DNA of 64,000 nucleotides. Source: Octopus sinensis (lineage: Eukaryota). The DNA is taken from assembly GCF_006345805.1 (NCBI RefSeq), contig NC_042997.1, forward strand, positions 56,420,001 through 56,484,000, in the 5' to 3' direction. The notes below the pieces were generated by a model. That model did no database searches. It was not told the origin of the DNA and worked only from the letters and a program-made list of their open reading frames with translations. This document shows positions 14,966 to 29,034 of this stretch, in pieces. Every line of letters begins with the position of its first letter. The stretch's first letter is position 1. A program made the translations under genes and the position numbers.

Positions 14966-17900
14966 AGAGTTCATGAAATAAACAAAAGACGAAGACAGGT
15001 GGTGTACAAAACAAACAGATATATTAGTATAATGCTCAGGAATTGAAAAAGTCTTTTACATTTTGAGCCTTTGCTCTTCTACAGAAAGGGACACAGAAAA
15101 AAACAAGGAGAGAAAAAAAATGTGTGCAGTGGCTAGCGATCTATCATGGCAACTCATATATATATATATATATATATGTAGAAAACAAAGAAGGAAAACT
15201 AATAAATAATAATGTTTTGATATTTACCACTAATGACAGTAAAACGATACCATCATGATTGGGGCATTTCACAAAACTTGTCGTATCTGATTTTTCTATT
15301 AAATATTCCAAGTCAAAAAGATGTTTGTTTTCTTCTGCAGAAAAATAAAAGTAGATAAACAAAAGTTTAGATTTAAAAGTCAATATGACAAAGGGAAAAT
15401 CCCTGCTACTTAACACTATACATATTCATACACACAAAGCACAATCATAGATGCACACATATAAGCACAAACACACATAGATGTTTATTTAAATTTAAAA
15501 AGAAAAGCACAGACAATAAAAAAAAAAATCATATGTAAAGTAAATGCAAGTAAATTATATCAGATATACGCACCAGGACAATATGGGCATGGAGCAAGTA
15601 TTTGTACAGTTTTATTTCCAAATATGTCAGTTGCTAGTAATCCTGGATACCATTCTTCAATCAGAGAATCAATATGATCAGCTATTTCTCCCATTAATCT
15701 GGAAAATTTACAAATAAATATGTATTACTATAGTTAAATGACATCAAATTTTAGTAAACCCTTTTTCGCTGTGTAGTTGAGAGGCTTGCCTCCCAGCCAT
15801 GTGGTCCTGGGTTTAATCCACTGTGTAGTACCTTGGGCAAGTGTCCTCTACTACAGCCCTGAGTGGATTTGGCACATGGAAACTGAATGAAGCCTGTCAT
15901 GTGTGTATGTGTGTGGGCACGTATGTATACCCACACATATACACACATGAAGGGGTGCTGAAAAGTTCCTGATTTCCAGTAAAAGAAAATACAGGAGGAT
16001 CAGTAAATTATGATTTTATTCAACATATGCCCCTCTCAGATTCACACACTCATTGCAGTGTTCCTTCAGTTTTTCTAAGCCTTGTAAAAGGACTTGGAAG
16101 TTTGGGCCTCCAGCCAGGCTTTTTGCGATACCCTTAAAGCCAGGAAGTTTTCAAGTACCCCCTCGTGTATGTGTGTGTGTGTGCACGTGTGCATGTAATT
16201 GTCTTGACATTATATGGTTGATGCATCGTCGTATTAGCAAGGTTATGTCTAGCCTTCCATGTAAAGTAAATCAAGCTATGGGAAAATATATCCTTACATG
16301 GAAACAGGATGGGCATCCAGCTGTAGGAAATCTGTCACAACAAGTTCCATCTGACCCATGCCAACATGGAAAAGTGAGTAACAAATGATGATAATGACAA
16401 AAATCGCTTGCATTGGCACAACATCACAAATTTGTTGGGGAGGGACAGACGTTTGAATTTGTTCACGAGAGTCACATTTTTATTAACTTCAGGTATAGAC
16501 AACCGAATCTCTACACTAGTGCTGCTATCTTATTAACATCAGATATAGGCCATTGAGTCAGATGGCCTATATCATTGATTTCAGATATAGTCATTGAAAT
16601 CTGTATACTACTGTTTCATTTCAGAGGAATAAAAGACAAGGTTGACCATAGCAGGTTTGGACTCAGAATATAAAGAGATGAAACTCAATATTATAAGCCA
16701 TTTACTTTAGTACTGTCCCATCTCTGCCACTACACTACCTATTTTAAAAAAAATAATGTCCATAGTTGGAGTTTGGAAAAGAAAAAAGATGATGAATGTA
16801 ATTATAATATTTCATTATGATTTTAGCACAAAGCAATCAATTTTGAGGGAATGTGAAGTCAATTACTGACTCTAAAAGGATGATGGGCAAAGTCAACCTT
16901 GGTAACTTTTATATTCAGAATTCAAAGCTGGAAGAAATGCTACGAAGCATTTTACCCAGCACAGAACCAATTCTGTCAGCTCATGCCTTGAAAGTAATTA
17001 TAGTAATAACAGTGTTATCATGTAGCACAAATAAGACTCTGAGCAGGCTGGTCTATAGCATAGAGCTTGATATTTTCCTAAACTGATGTGTTTACAGATA
17101 TCTATTGTATTTCATAATCAAATTTAATAGAGCTACTGTCACACTTCTGAGTGAAGTTATATAACATATTTAACCATATTAGAAACTCAAGCATAATAAA
17201 AAATTTCATTTCCCTATACCTTGATCCATGACTTGCTGGTACTTTAATGTGAATCTCATCATTTTCAGCATGATACATTTCAAGATGGAAATACATGTCC
17301 TGAAGAAAAGAAATTTGAAAACACAACGTTAATAATTTTAGCAATAAACAATATTGATAGAACAAATTAGCAATATTTGTTTTATTTTTTCAACTATAAG
17401 CAAAAAGCCTAAAATTTTTGGAGAGGTAAGATAGTCAATTACCAGTTCTCAACTGGTAATTATTTTATTAAGACTGAAAGGATGAAAGGCCAAGTTGACC
17501 TCATGGAATTCATACTTAGAACATAATGCTGGAAGAAATGCAACTGAGCATTTTGGCTGGCATGCTAACAATTCTACCAGTTCCTTGCCTTCACAAACTG
17601 TCAGTATTGATAGCACAATGTGTTGGATTGTTTTCAAACAAGTTAGAACCCCATTTTTACTATATTTATGTAGATGTTTATATAAACCATTTAAAACACA
17701 ATGTTTTCCAAAACAGAATATATTTAAATGAGGTTAGTGGTTTGGAGTTGTTCCATCAAAATGAACAATAATTCATCTTAAATATATGAATATCATCTTC
17801 ATCATCATTTTAACATCCACTTTTACATGCTTGCATGGGTTGGACATAATTCATTGAGGTAGATTTTCTAAAGTTGGATATTGCTCCTGTTGCCAACCTT

Positions 17901-20900
17901 CACCTGTTTGGAAGCAAGGTAATAATTAATTTCTCTATCAAACAAGGAACTGAATCCCTAACCATGTGATTCTGAAGTGAATTTCTTAACCATACAGCTA
18001 AAATTCAAGATAGCAAGTTAGCAGTGTTGACAAAACATTGGATAGAATGCTTTGTTAGGGGGGTGACTGATAACATTCTGAGATTGTCCCTTGACATAAT
18101 CACACAAAACAAACATTCACGGCTCCGACATAGCACACTGGCAGCTGTACAAAAAACATTGTTTAACACTTACAATCATCCACCAACTCTCTACACTCTG
18201 AGTTCAAATCATATGATCAAACTTTGCTTTTCACCCATTCGGGGTCGATAAAGATGGGGGAATTGTTAAAGCATTGGATGTCAAGCTTTGTAGTATTTGT
18301 AGTATTTGTTCTGATTCTGTGTATTGTGTATTTAAATTTTCCCTCCTGTCACAGAAATGAAAGAATGATGACATGTCTCACAGGAGACGCAGCCAACAGT
18401 CAACATCAGTAATTGAAACAATAATGGAAATATAGTTTCTTTGGTTCAGTTGAAACACTGGCTTCCATCACATCACCACACCACCACAACCACACCATTA
18501 AATAAAACATGTATTTTTGATTTATGGTTTAATATATTCAACAGAAATAATTTTGGAGTACTTACATCTGACCAATAAACATACAGTCCTCTACAGTAAT
18601 ATTCAATCTCTTTTGGAACAGTTGCAGAAAATAAAGTCTGAAGAAATAATAAAACAATAAATTTTTTTTAGACTTACACATTTATGTATATGTAGGTAGT
18701 TATATAAGTACATATATAAGTGTGTGTATGTATGTGTGTGTGTGTGTGTGTGTGTGTGCATGCATGAGTGTGCACATACACACTTTACATAAATATATAC
18801 GCTGACTACCTTTGCCATTGAGTGCACTTTACCACTTACTCCTCTATGACAGCTAAGCAGGTGACTGATAACATTCTCCCAAGTATATCCCTTCATATAA
18901 TACATAAAACAAAAGCCCATAACACATATAAACATCACTGAATTTCATGCACTACCTGCAACCTCTCTCACTTCTCAAAATATAAGCAAGGCTTTTGGAT
19001 ATCAACAAACTTTTTTACCAAATGGGTCAGCAGGAACAGACTTCCTGCTGATAAAGGTATCACATTTGTTGACTTTGCTTTCATATTACACACACATAAC
19101 AATCCCCACCCCACAAACTTTACCTTTCAGCTCAACAGCCTTACTATCATGCACAACTCTTAAGTGCAGATACTCTAATATTGAATCCAAACCACAAGAC
19201 AATTATACCTGGTGATGTCCCACTGATTATCATCAAACAGTGCAGTCCCATCTTCACTAAATGCTTTGATCTTTGTCTGCAGGAATATATCCCAAGCCAT
19301 GGCAAATGCAACAGTACATACTATTCTTAAGAAAAGTATCTTTGGTACATGCAATTACCAATCTACTGTCCTCACTTCTAGCTATTCTAAAATGTAGAAG
19401 ATTATTGAGAACAACCATTTTTTTTTTACAACTTAGTGTCTTTTTGCTACCTCACAACCTCTAATTATTTTACATGAGGGTCATATATATATCACTTGCC
19501 AACACTTCATCTTAAAGACAAAGCACAATCTTAAGGTGTCAGCAGAGATCAATTACTCACTCTTTAAAAGGCTAATATCAGAATACAGCTCATATAACTA
19601 GTCTGGTAATGTTGCTGCACATACAATCATCCTTGACGACAGCTATCCAGCTGATTGGTAACCACTCATCCACTAACATCCTACAACTACTCACAAATGT
19701 ACTGTTTTTTTTTTTTGTCATTTCTACTGTTTTACTTTAACCTCTGCTCCTCTCTTTCTTTAACACTCACACACATACACATCGAAAGATACATATGCAC
19801 CAAACAATATGCTTACAACCTGAGAACCTTGAAACACCACCAAAGGTAGAAGATGTGGTGCCTATAAAGCATGTGATTGAGATAAAAGGCAGTGGATGTG
19901 ATTAAAGTTACAAGTTGAAGGAAGGAATGAATGAATTATTGATATGATATTAATGATGATGATGATGAATATGACTGCAATAACATCGATGATATTAATG
20001 TTGATAGTGAAAATAATAATGCCAATCATATGATACTGAAGATGGTTGCAATGTAAAACAAAAATCAAATGAAGAATGATACCAACAATGATGATGACGA
20101 TGATGGTGATGATGGTGATGTCATTTATGAACGAGCAGAGGTGGTGATGGTAATGAATTGACTTTGAAGATATTTTTGAAAAGAAAACTATCAAACATAC
20201 ATGGATATTTCAGGAAGTATTAATAGACATATTTAGTTTTAATATTTAAACATACATTTTTCCCACTAAATTATGATGACCTTCATGTTGCTTATTACCC
20301 AACCATAAAATATAAATGATATCTGTGGTAAGCTAAGCAAAGGGAAGGGAGTAAGCAGAATTATGTACAAGGTCTGATAAAAATAAAGCATTGGGACTGT
20401 TGCTATGTTAACAGAACTGAAGTATGCAGTATGAAGTCACTTGGCATAGATGGACCTTGAACTCTATTGCTCATACACATGAAGTTATAGTGATCCCAAT
20501 CTCTACCGTTGTTTACAGCTGTGCTTGGAAGTAAAGTGTGTGGAGTGTGATTGACTCACCACAGACGTCCCATCAGTGGCCATGACATAGAAAATATGTG
20601 TCTGTGTATGTGCGCATGTGGGAAAAGACAGTGTCTGGAGGTTATTCCAACCAAGAATTTTTCCAAAACTCAAATCCTTCTTGAAAGGAACAAGATTTCA
20701 AGACATCAAGAAAATCCAAGAGAATGCAATGATGCAGCTCAGTATCCTAAAAAGGAGTTCAAGGAATATTCCATCAATGGAAATGATGCTGGATAAAGTG
20801 TGTGGCTTCAAAAGGAGACTACTTTGAAAGAGATTGAATGTCAAACTGATATGTGTTATAGTTTTCTTTCTATAGCACCAGTCCTGATAGTTTTTGATCA

Positions 20901-22888
20901 GACTTTGTATAGTTGAAAAATGTATATAAATTTGTATGCCATGGAGAAATGTTAGCATTGACATTTCAAGCAGTGGTCTTCTTCAGAGGGAAAAAATATT
21001 TAATATTTATATCATTAAGCCTAGAATGTGAAGCAAAGAGAGGTATTAAAGATGGATAATTATAAGAAACTTTAAAAAAACAGTTGCAGATGGGGAGGTG
21101 CTAAAATGTTGCATCAGATTAAGAGGTGTGGTAATTATATAACTATATACATATCTTGTCTAGAAGCACAAAATATTCTAGATGTAACAATACTTTGGAT
21201 TCCCAGTCACATAATAACAGAACATCTTTCCCCGACATATTTATGTATCTAAAGGAAAGAACCAAACAAAAAAAATTACCGGTTTTTGAAAGAATGCAAT
21301 CAGCCTTGCCAACAGTCTCATCCATATTCCAGTTGGGGCAAGAGGCATGCGGTAAATGCGGGAGATAAAATTAGCTGAAAATTTAAAAGAAAGCTTTTCA
21401 TTTACAGTCATCAAAAGCCCATGTAAAGAGTAATAAGAACTGTTGTAGTTATCTGGTAAGCGACTTAAATCTGAGTCTATATATTGAAACTAAAGCAGTT
21501 ACATTGTGAAAGAAACATTTTAGTAGTCTAAAACACACAAAAAATGTGAACTTCCCTTTTTTTCCATTCATTACTTGAAGTATCAAATTTTTCATCACAC
21601 TACTGTCATCCCGTCGTTGACACAGTCCCTGACACCCCAAAAGATAAATGTAAGTGAATTTAAGAGATTTTTCTGTGTGTTTTAGATGGTCAGAATAGCT
21701 TTTCCATGATATATTTGCTAAAGGGAATTTGATTGAATGGAAATAAAGTTATCCATAAAATGGCAAGTGGCAATTGTCCTTTACTTCATACTTACAAATA
21801 GAAATAAAGTTTACAAATCCAACATTAACTTGACATTTCAAATGAACAGAGTAAAAGAGCCAGCAACCATCTGTCTCATGGTTTTGTTAACTGTTTTAGA
21901 TGTGGACACCTCAACTCTCCTGCCTTTTGGAATGTAATAGCTAGAGGAGGAGAGAGACAGCTGCACCAGCACTCAGCTGGTACTCATTTTCAATTGACTA
22001 CCACGAAGTGCCATGCCAAAGAACACAACATCTCAGCCAGTCCAGGAATTGAACTCACAACATTATGATCATGAGTCAAACATTGCCCTAACCACTTGGC
22101 CACAGGCTTTCATATGAGCTGAGTAAAAGCAAATATATAAAAAGGAAAAAATGCCATGTCAAAAAATACAGGAAGAATTAAATTATTCTAATAAAGGACA
22201 AGAACTCAACTGATGATGTTCATGTTATCTATGTGTTGGATTTAAGCAGTTTAAGTCTTTCAATCAACAATAAAGTAAATAAATCTCCATTAGTTTTGAT
22301 GATGAACTTTTTATATTTTGCATCAAAATATTCAATTATTTGATCAACTGAACTATCTGTTAATTGAATTATCATATCATATATGTGGCTGAATATTCCC
22401 CAGATATATGTACTCTTAGGCTTTAAAGATATACACATGTCTGAGACAGAACCAGTGTGATGCAGTGTGTGATGAGGATGTACTTTTGAATTGCAAAAGC
22501 TGGGGTTGGTAAATGAAAGAGGACCAAGTTGCCACACACTGGAATAAAACAAGGGACCTCATGTTGATAACAAAAAAATGAACTTAAACAGCTAAAAATT
22601 ACCCAAGTAGAATAACACCACCCACCACCATCACAAAAAAAAACAAGAAAGCAATGATTACAAAAATAGTTGTTTTGTCACTAACATTTGGGAATTTTCA
22701 CTTGAGGAGGTACAGTTGGCAACCGGCAAGGTATCAGGAGCTCATCTTGGTTCTTAGGTAAAGCAATTTCAAACCTAAAAGGAGAAGAACAAAAAAAAAA
22801 GATATCACCATCATCATCATCAACTTCACCACTGTTTGTGTCTGTTTTTTCTGATGATAGCATACTACTACCACCACCACCACAACAG

Positions 22889-22944
<56 letters not shown>

Positions 22945-25900
22945 CAGAAGAAGAAGAAGAAGAAGAAGAAGAAGAACAACAACAACAACAACAATCCTTT
23001 TTAATATAGGCACAAGGTCTGAAATTTGGTGGAGGAGTATAGTTAATTACATCAACCCCAGTGTTTCACTGGTACTTTAGACCCAAGACAATTTTGAAGG
23101 GAGGGTGTTAAACAATTTACATTAACTCAGTACACAACTGGTACTTTAATTTATTGACCCTGGAGGGATGAAAGGTAAAGTTGATTTCAGCAGGATTTGA
23201 ACTTGGAATGTAAACATCCAGAAGAATTACCACAAGGCATTTCCTCCTCACAATCTTCAGTAAAATTTATTATGCCCATACGAAATCAACTGACACATAT
23301 TGCACATATTATATAAAACTAATCAGAGTGTAAACATAGTAGAGACAAGACAGAGCTGGCCTGGAGGCTTTATTATTTCAAATATTTCTCTCTTCTTCTG
23401 TTACCATGCCAGGCAAAATGCTTAGCAACATTTTATCCATCTTTACATTCTGAGTACAACTGCTGCCAAGGTCGATTTTGCCTTTCATCCTCTCAGGGAC
23501 AATAAATTAAGTACCAGCTGAGCACTGGGATTGATGTAACCGACTTACTCCATCCCTGAACTTGTTGACCTCGTGCCAAAATTTGAAACCAATATTTCTC
23601 TCTCCTGAGTTCAAATCCCACAAAGGCTGTTTAATGGAAATGACAAAAAGAAACTCTAGTGATATATTGCTGTTGAAATGTGTGCCAGCTGTGCCAATTC
23701 CTCAACAAGATTGGCCTTGTTTCCTCTCAAAATAAAATCATAATATAAAGCTGGCCTCAGAATTGCTACAGAACAGAGAATATTAGATAACAGATTTAGA
23801 GGAGTAACAAGAAAATTCTACCAAGGTTAACTTTACTTTCATTGTTTGAAGGCTAATAAAGTATCTATTAACATTGGTTTTAAATTTTGGCATAAGGCCA
23901 GCAGTTTTGGGGGAGGTGATAAATTAATTACATTGATTCCAGTGCTCAGCTGGTATTTTATTGATCCTGAAAAGGTGAAAGGCCAAAGCTGATTTCAGTG
24001 GAATTTGAACTTAGAATGTGAAGATTGACAAAATGCCACTAAACATTTTGCCCGGCACAGTAATGATTTGACCAGCTTGCTACCTTAGTACCAGTGAATA
24101 TTGGGATCATAACAAAACAGAACAAAAGAATAGTGTCTTACTTTTCCAGTAATTTTATATACTGTGGAATATGGCTTGGAGGGAAGACATAGTTTGATTC
24201 TGAATCAATGATTTTTCCAGTAAAAAGCATCTTTAAGTGTTTCTGGTGTATGGTCTGTGACGAAATCAAAATAATTGTTAAATGATATGGCTAAAAAATC
24301 AAAGTGGTTAATATAACCAAAAGGAACAATAATAACCTCCCTTATTAACCACCAGGACTACCACAACCATCACTATTAACTTTATCATAGAAAAAGATAA
24401 AATAACCCCTGTCATAATTGCCACCTTTACCACAAGTGATAATGATAAAACCATCTGCTAGAAATAATGACAAAATCACCCCGCTAGTATAATGAAAAAG
24501 TGAAGGACACATCAGATAAAATATTTCTACTTATAATGCATCTTACAGTTCTATATTTAAGAGATGAGGAATTATGTACATTATATACATTACTTAGATT
24601 TGACGGATATTTGTCCTCATCTTGTTTGTTGCTAACACAGTGTTTTGGCTGATACACCCTCCAGCCTTCATCAGGTGTCTTGGGGGAAATTTCAAACCTG
24701 GGTTCTCATTCCTAAGGTATTTTTCGATGTTATTATTATTATTCAGGTCACTGCCTGGAATCAAACTCGAAATCTTGAGGTTAGTAGCCCACGCTCTTAA
24801 CCACTATGCCATATGCCCGTGGGTATATGGCGAGAAAGAAGACTAGTTATAGTCAGAATACCTATAATCAAAGGTCTGCTGGATCAGTTGTGAGTATAAA
24901 GAAGAAGAACAACAACAACAATAACAAACTCAATTACTACCATTACTTATACTACCACCACCACCACCACCACCACTATCACCATTACAAAAGAGGGCTT
25001 GATATATTGATTTCAAATTTGGTGTATTGATGTAGTTTTGCATGCTAATTATTGACATGAAATTCATTTTTGCCATAAATCTCTCTCTATATAAACGGCA
25101 GTTTGTCTGTGCGTGTTTCTGTGTGTCTGTTTGCTTGTACCCTCACCCTGACCACGGCTTTCAACCGATTCTGATGAAACTTGACACACACATAGCCCAA
25201 TGTCATAATTCAAAACTAACGCAGCGACAATTTTGAAAAGTTCCCCCAGTTCTGAAAAAAATCGATAAATTCGACATGGGGTCGAGAATGAGAAACACAA
25301 ACCACAAACTGTCTAGGGGACGCAACTCGACCTTTTTTAAATCTCAAAAAAAATTTACCATCATTTTTTGGCTATAACTCTCTAAAAATGCTTTATAGTT
25401 ATTTCCCTTACAAACCTGAGCAACGCCGGGCGATACTGCTAGTCAATGAATAAACAGTTAGTAGCTTTTAAAGTTTGAAAATGTCGGGTAATTCGAACCA
25501 ATTGAAAGCCACAATTGGTTCGAATTACCCGACATTTTCAAACTTAATCATATTTATGACAGAGGTATAAATATATGTAGTCAGTGGTTTCAGTGTATCA
25601 TTGGGAATGTTGTGATGGTTATAAGTAGTTAATATAAACATAGGGACTGTGTATGTTGAGTAATCAGTGATAATAACAGGGATTTTTTTCTGTATGGTCT
25701 CACTTTTTGTAATTTCAAATTTAAGTGAAAATTTTCATATTTGGTGTATTGATGTAATTTTTCTTGCTGAATCTCAGAGCTTAATTCACTTGTCCCAGAA
25801 AAGTTTTTTTTTAAAAAGCTACAGAGGTTTAAATTTTGATAATTTTTATTCAGTCAGAAAACAAGATTTGGAAGTTGTCATTTCATGCATGACTGTAATC

Positions 25901-28900
25901 ACAAGACAACAAAACAATGATGTCAACATTGCAATGATAACATGTCCTTTAAAAATTTACCAAGTGAAAAATGATCAAAAAATGAATAAACAACACATAT
26001 TTTGTAATGTTAAGCATTCAAGAAGTAGGTGGCGAAAATGCAACGTGAAATATCCCAAAACAGCAACAGATGGGTACAAGCAGGAAAACACAGCATAAAA
26101 TATCAGTTTGCAAACACACATGGTTTTCATAAACAAGAGTTCCAACACTTGGCTTGCTACTATGGAAACAGGCATCTGGGACAAGTGAATTAAGCTCTGA
26201 GATTCAGCAAGAAAAATTACATCAATACACCAAATATGAAAATTTTCACTTAAATTTGAAATTACAAAAAGTGAGACCATACAGAAAAAAATCCCTGTTA
26301 TTATCACTGATTACTCAACATACACAGTCCCTATGTTTATATTAACTACTTATAACCATCACAACATTCCCAATGATACACTGAAACCACTGACTACATA
26401 TATTTATACCTCTGTCATAAATATGATTAAGTACAATATAAAAGGTTATCTCACTCCTTGTTCAGTCACATAAGGATTGATTTGCTTGACTGTGACAATT
26501 TGTGCCAACATCCTACATAACCAAGCTGGATCAATGAAGTAGAGATCTTTTAGTTGGTGACCAGCTTCATCAAAATGCCGTAGTACACCTGTATTGTCAA
26601 GAAAATGGACACCCTAAAGAGAGAGAAAAGATATACATGTGAATGGTTGGATTATCATATTAAGTTGTTTTTATACTGCATCAAACTAATATCTATATAT
26701 ATAAATGGCAAAATGTCTGTGTGTGTGTCCTTTATACAAATCCACAACTTTTCAGTTAAAGGGCTTGCACTTTCTATGGTCATTCAAAACCGTCCAAGGG
26801 TGGTCGTGCACATCTTTACAGTCACCCCGCAAAGCCATTAAAAAAATCAATAGAAGTGACTTTTTTGTGAATCTTCTATCCAAATCTCAGTCAAAATGCC
26901 CGAAATTTGATATGCCAATTTAATGCCAGCTAGCTGTATGTGATTGGTCGGAGATTTGGACAGCACACGCACGCAGCTGTAAATGCATGCACTAGCACTA
27001 TGACCCAGCATTGCCAGGTCATAGTGCTAGTCATAGATAAAATATTTTATTCAACCTCTGAAAAAATAAATATCAGTAAACAACTAAATATGTTTTCAGT
27101 GAGCAGACATGTACCTCTAGTACAGTATATAAAATAAATTATCAAAGGAACCTATATTCAGGCATTTGCCCTGCTAGAAGCAACAACCAAATCTCACTCA
27201 AATCATAATATTGTCTTAAAAAAAAAAAGAAAGACATTGGGTAATGTAATACCCTATATATTCTGGTTAACAAAAAGAGAGAATGTGATGATCATAGAGC
27301 TGGATCATCTTTTAGCGCAGGCCTGTTTAATCTGCACTGACCTTGCATATATATGTGTTTACATCATCGTCATTGTTTTAATGTCTATTTTTCTCATACT
27401 TAAGAGGTCAGATAGAATTTATTGAGAAAAAGGTTCTACAGATCGATGCCCTTTTTGTCATCAACATTCACCTGTCTCCACACAAGGTAATATTTTTCCA
27501 TGATCAGACATGTTTTTATGGAGGATTGAAAAGGAATAACAACCACTTGTACGATAGTAGCACTCATTTAGAACTATCACTCAATGTCAAATCCAGGAAA
27601 CACAAACACACACACACCACACACACACATTATATACAATAGCCTTCCACTCACAAGGCTTTGGTTGGCCTGGGGTTACAGTAGAAGGCACTAGCCCAAG
27701 GTATCATGCAGTGGGACTGAACCCCAAACCACATGGTTGGAAAACAAACTCAACTACACAGCCATCCCTGCACCTCATTATCAAATATTATATATGAATT
27801 ACCTGATTAAATTCTTCTTGACTCATATTGAGCTGATTCATTTTCAGTAATGCCATCATTTCTTGGTAATTTAGAACTGGATAATCATTTTTCAGAGTAG
27901 CAGCTGTATTTGTAACCACCTCACTTAGTTTCTGCAATAAACCAAAAAAAATTTAAAACGTTTAAAGACAACTTCCTGCATTAGTAATTATTATTATTTT
28001 CCCAAATATTACCCCAGCACGGCTGAATTCTAAGGTTGAAACCAGTACAAGAAGACCACTTCATTTCTAACATTTTAAATTCATTTACTTTATTAATGTT
28101 CTTGGAAAAAGCATAGCTGTTACAAATACCCATTCCTTTTTAAAAATTGCAGGTCTACAAGTATGTATAAGACCAATATTGATTTCCTATTTTAGCACAA
28201 CCTATAAATTGCTCTTTTTTTATTAACCCTGGAAGGTTTAAAGAAGACAGTGAGCTGGCAGAATTATCAGCACATAAAACAAAATACTTAGTGACATTTC
28301 TAGCTCCTTATGTTCTGAGTCCAAATCTTACTGAGGTCAACTTTGCCTTTCATCTCTTTAGGGTTGATAAAATAAAGTGATAGTCATGTAGTAGGGTTGA
28401 TGTGATTGATTTTCCCTCTTTCCTCGAAATTGCTAGCATTGAACCCTGCAACAGACTGGCATCCTGTTCAGGATGAATGTTGTGATCTCAGTCACATAGA
28501 AACTGAGGAACTGGCCTTACGAATCTTAGGGCTCAAGGAAAACAATAAAAATAGTAGAAAGGCAGAGTCACTCATAAAAAAATTTTAAGTTACAATATGG
28601 AGAGAAGAAAATAAATTTGGCAAAGTATATAGTCTGCTATTTATTACTCGTATTTCATTTCTCCAGACTAATATTCCACCTGTTATGACTAAATTTATAT
28701 CTTTATAATAATTTCATATTTAATAATTCTGCAATTGTCTGGAAACACCAGAATAGCAAAGTCACTAAACTGACTTACATAAACTATATATGTACATATA
28801 TGAATATATAACTGTCTGTATCCTATTACACTGTATCATTGTGTGGTGTGAGATGACTAAAGAAGCTCAGGAAGGGTATCTGGTCATAAAACACTGCCCC

Positions 28901-28955
28901 AAAAGATATGTTTAACCCATATCAGTGAGCAAATAAGGTTATTATGATTATGGTG

Positions 28956-29034
<79 letters not shown>

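Noticed and set aside
15051-15090. Third hammerhead-like motif (minus strand tagaagagc..gctcaaaatgta)
   Set aside because: Core deviates at several invariant positions and the stem II register is ambiguous.
18780-19700. Possible decayed Penelope/GIY-YIG coding remnant
   Set aside because: Only faint peptide hints; not supportable without a profile search.
25667-26307. Two ORFs with identical N-termini on opposite strands
   Set aside because: A consequence of the inverted repeat; no protein-like features.
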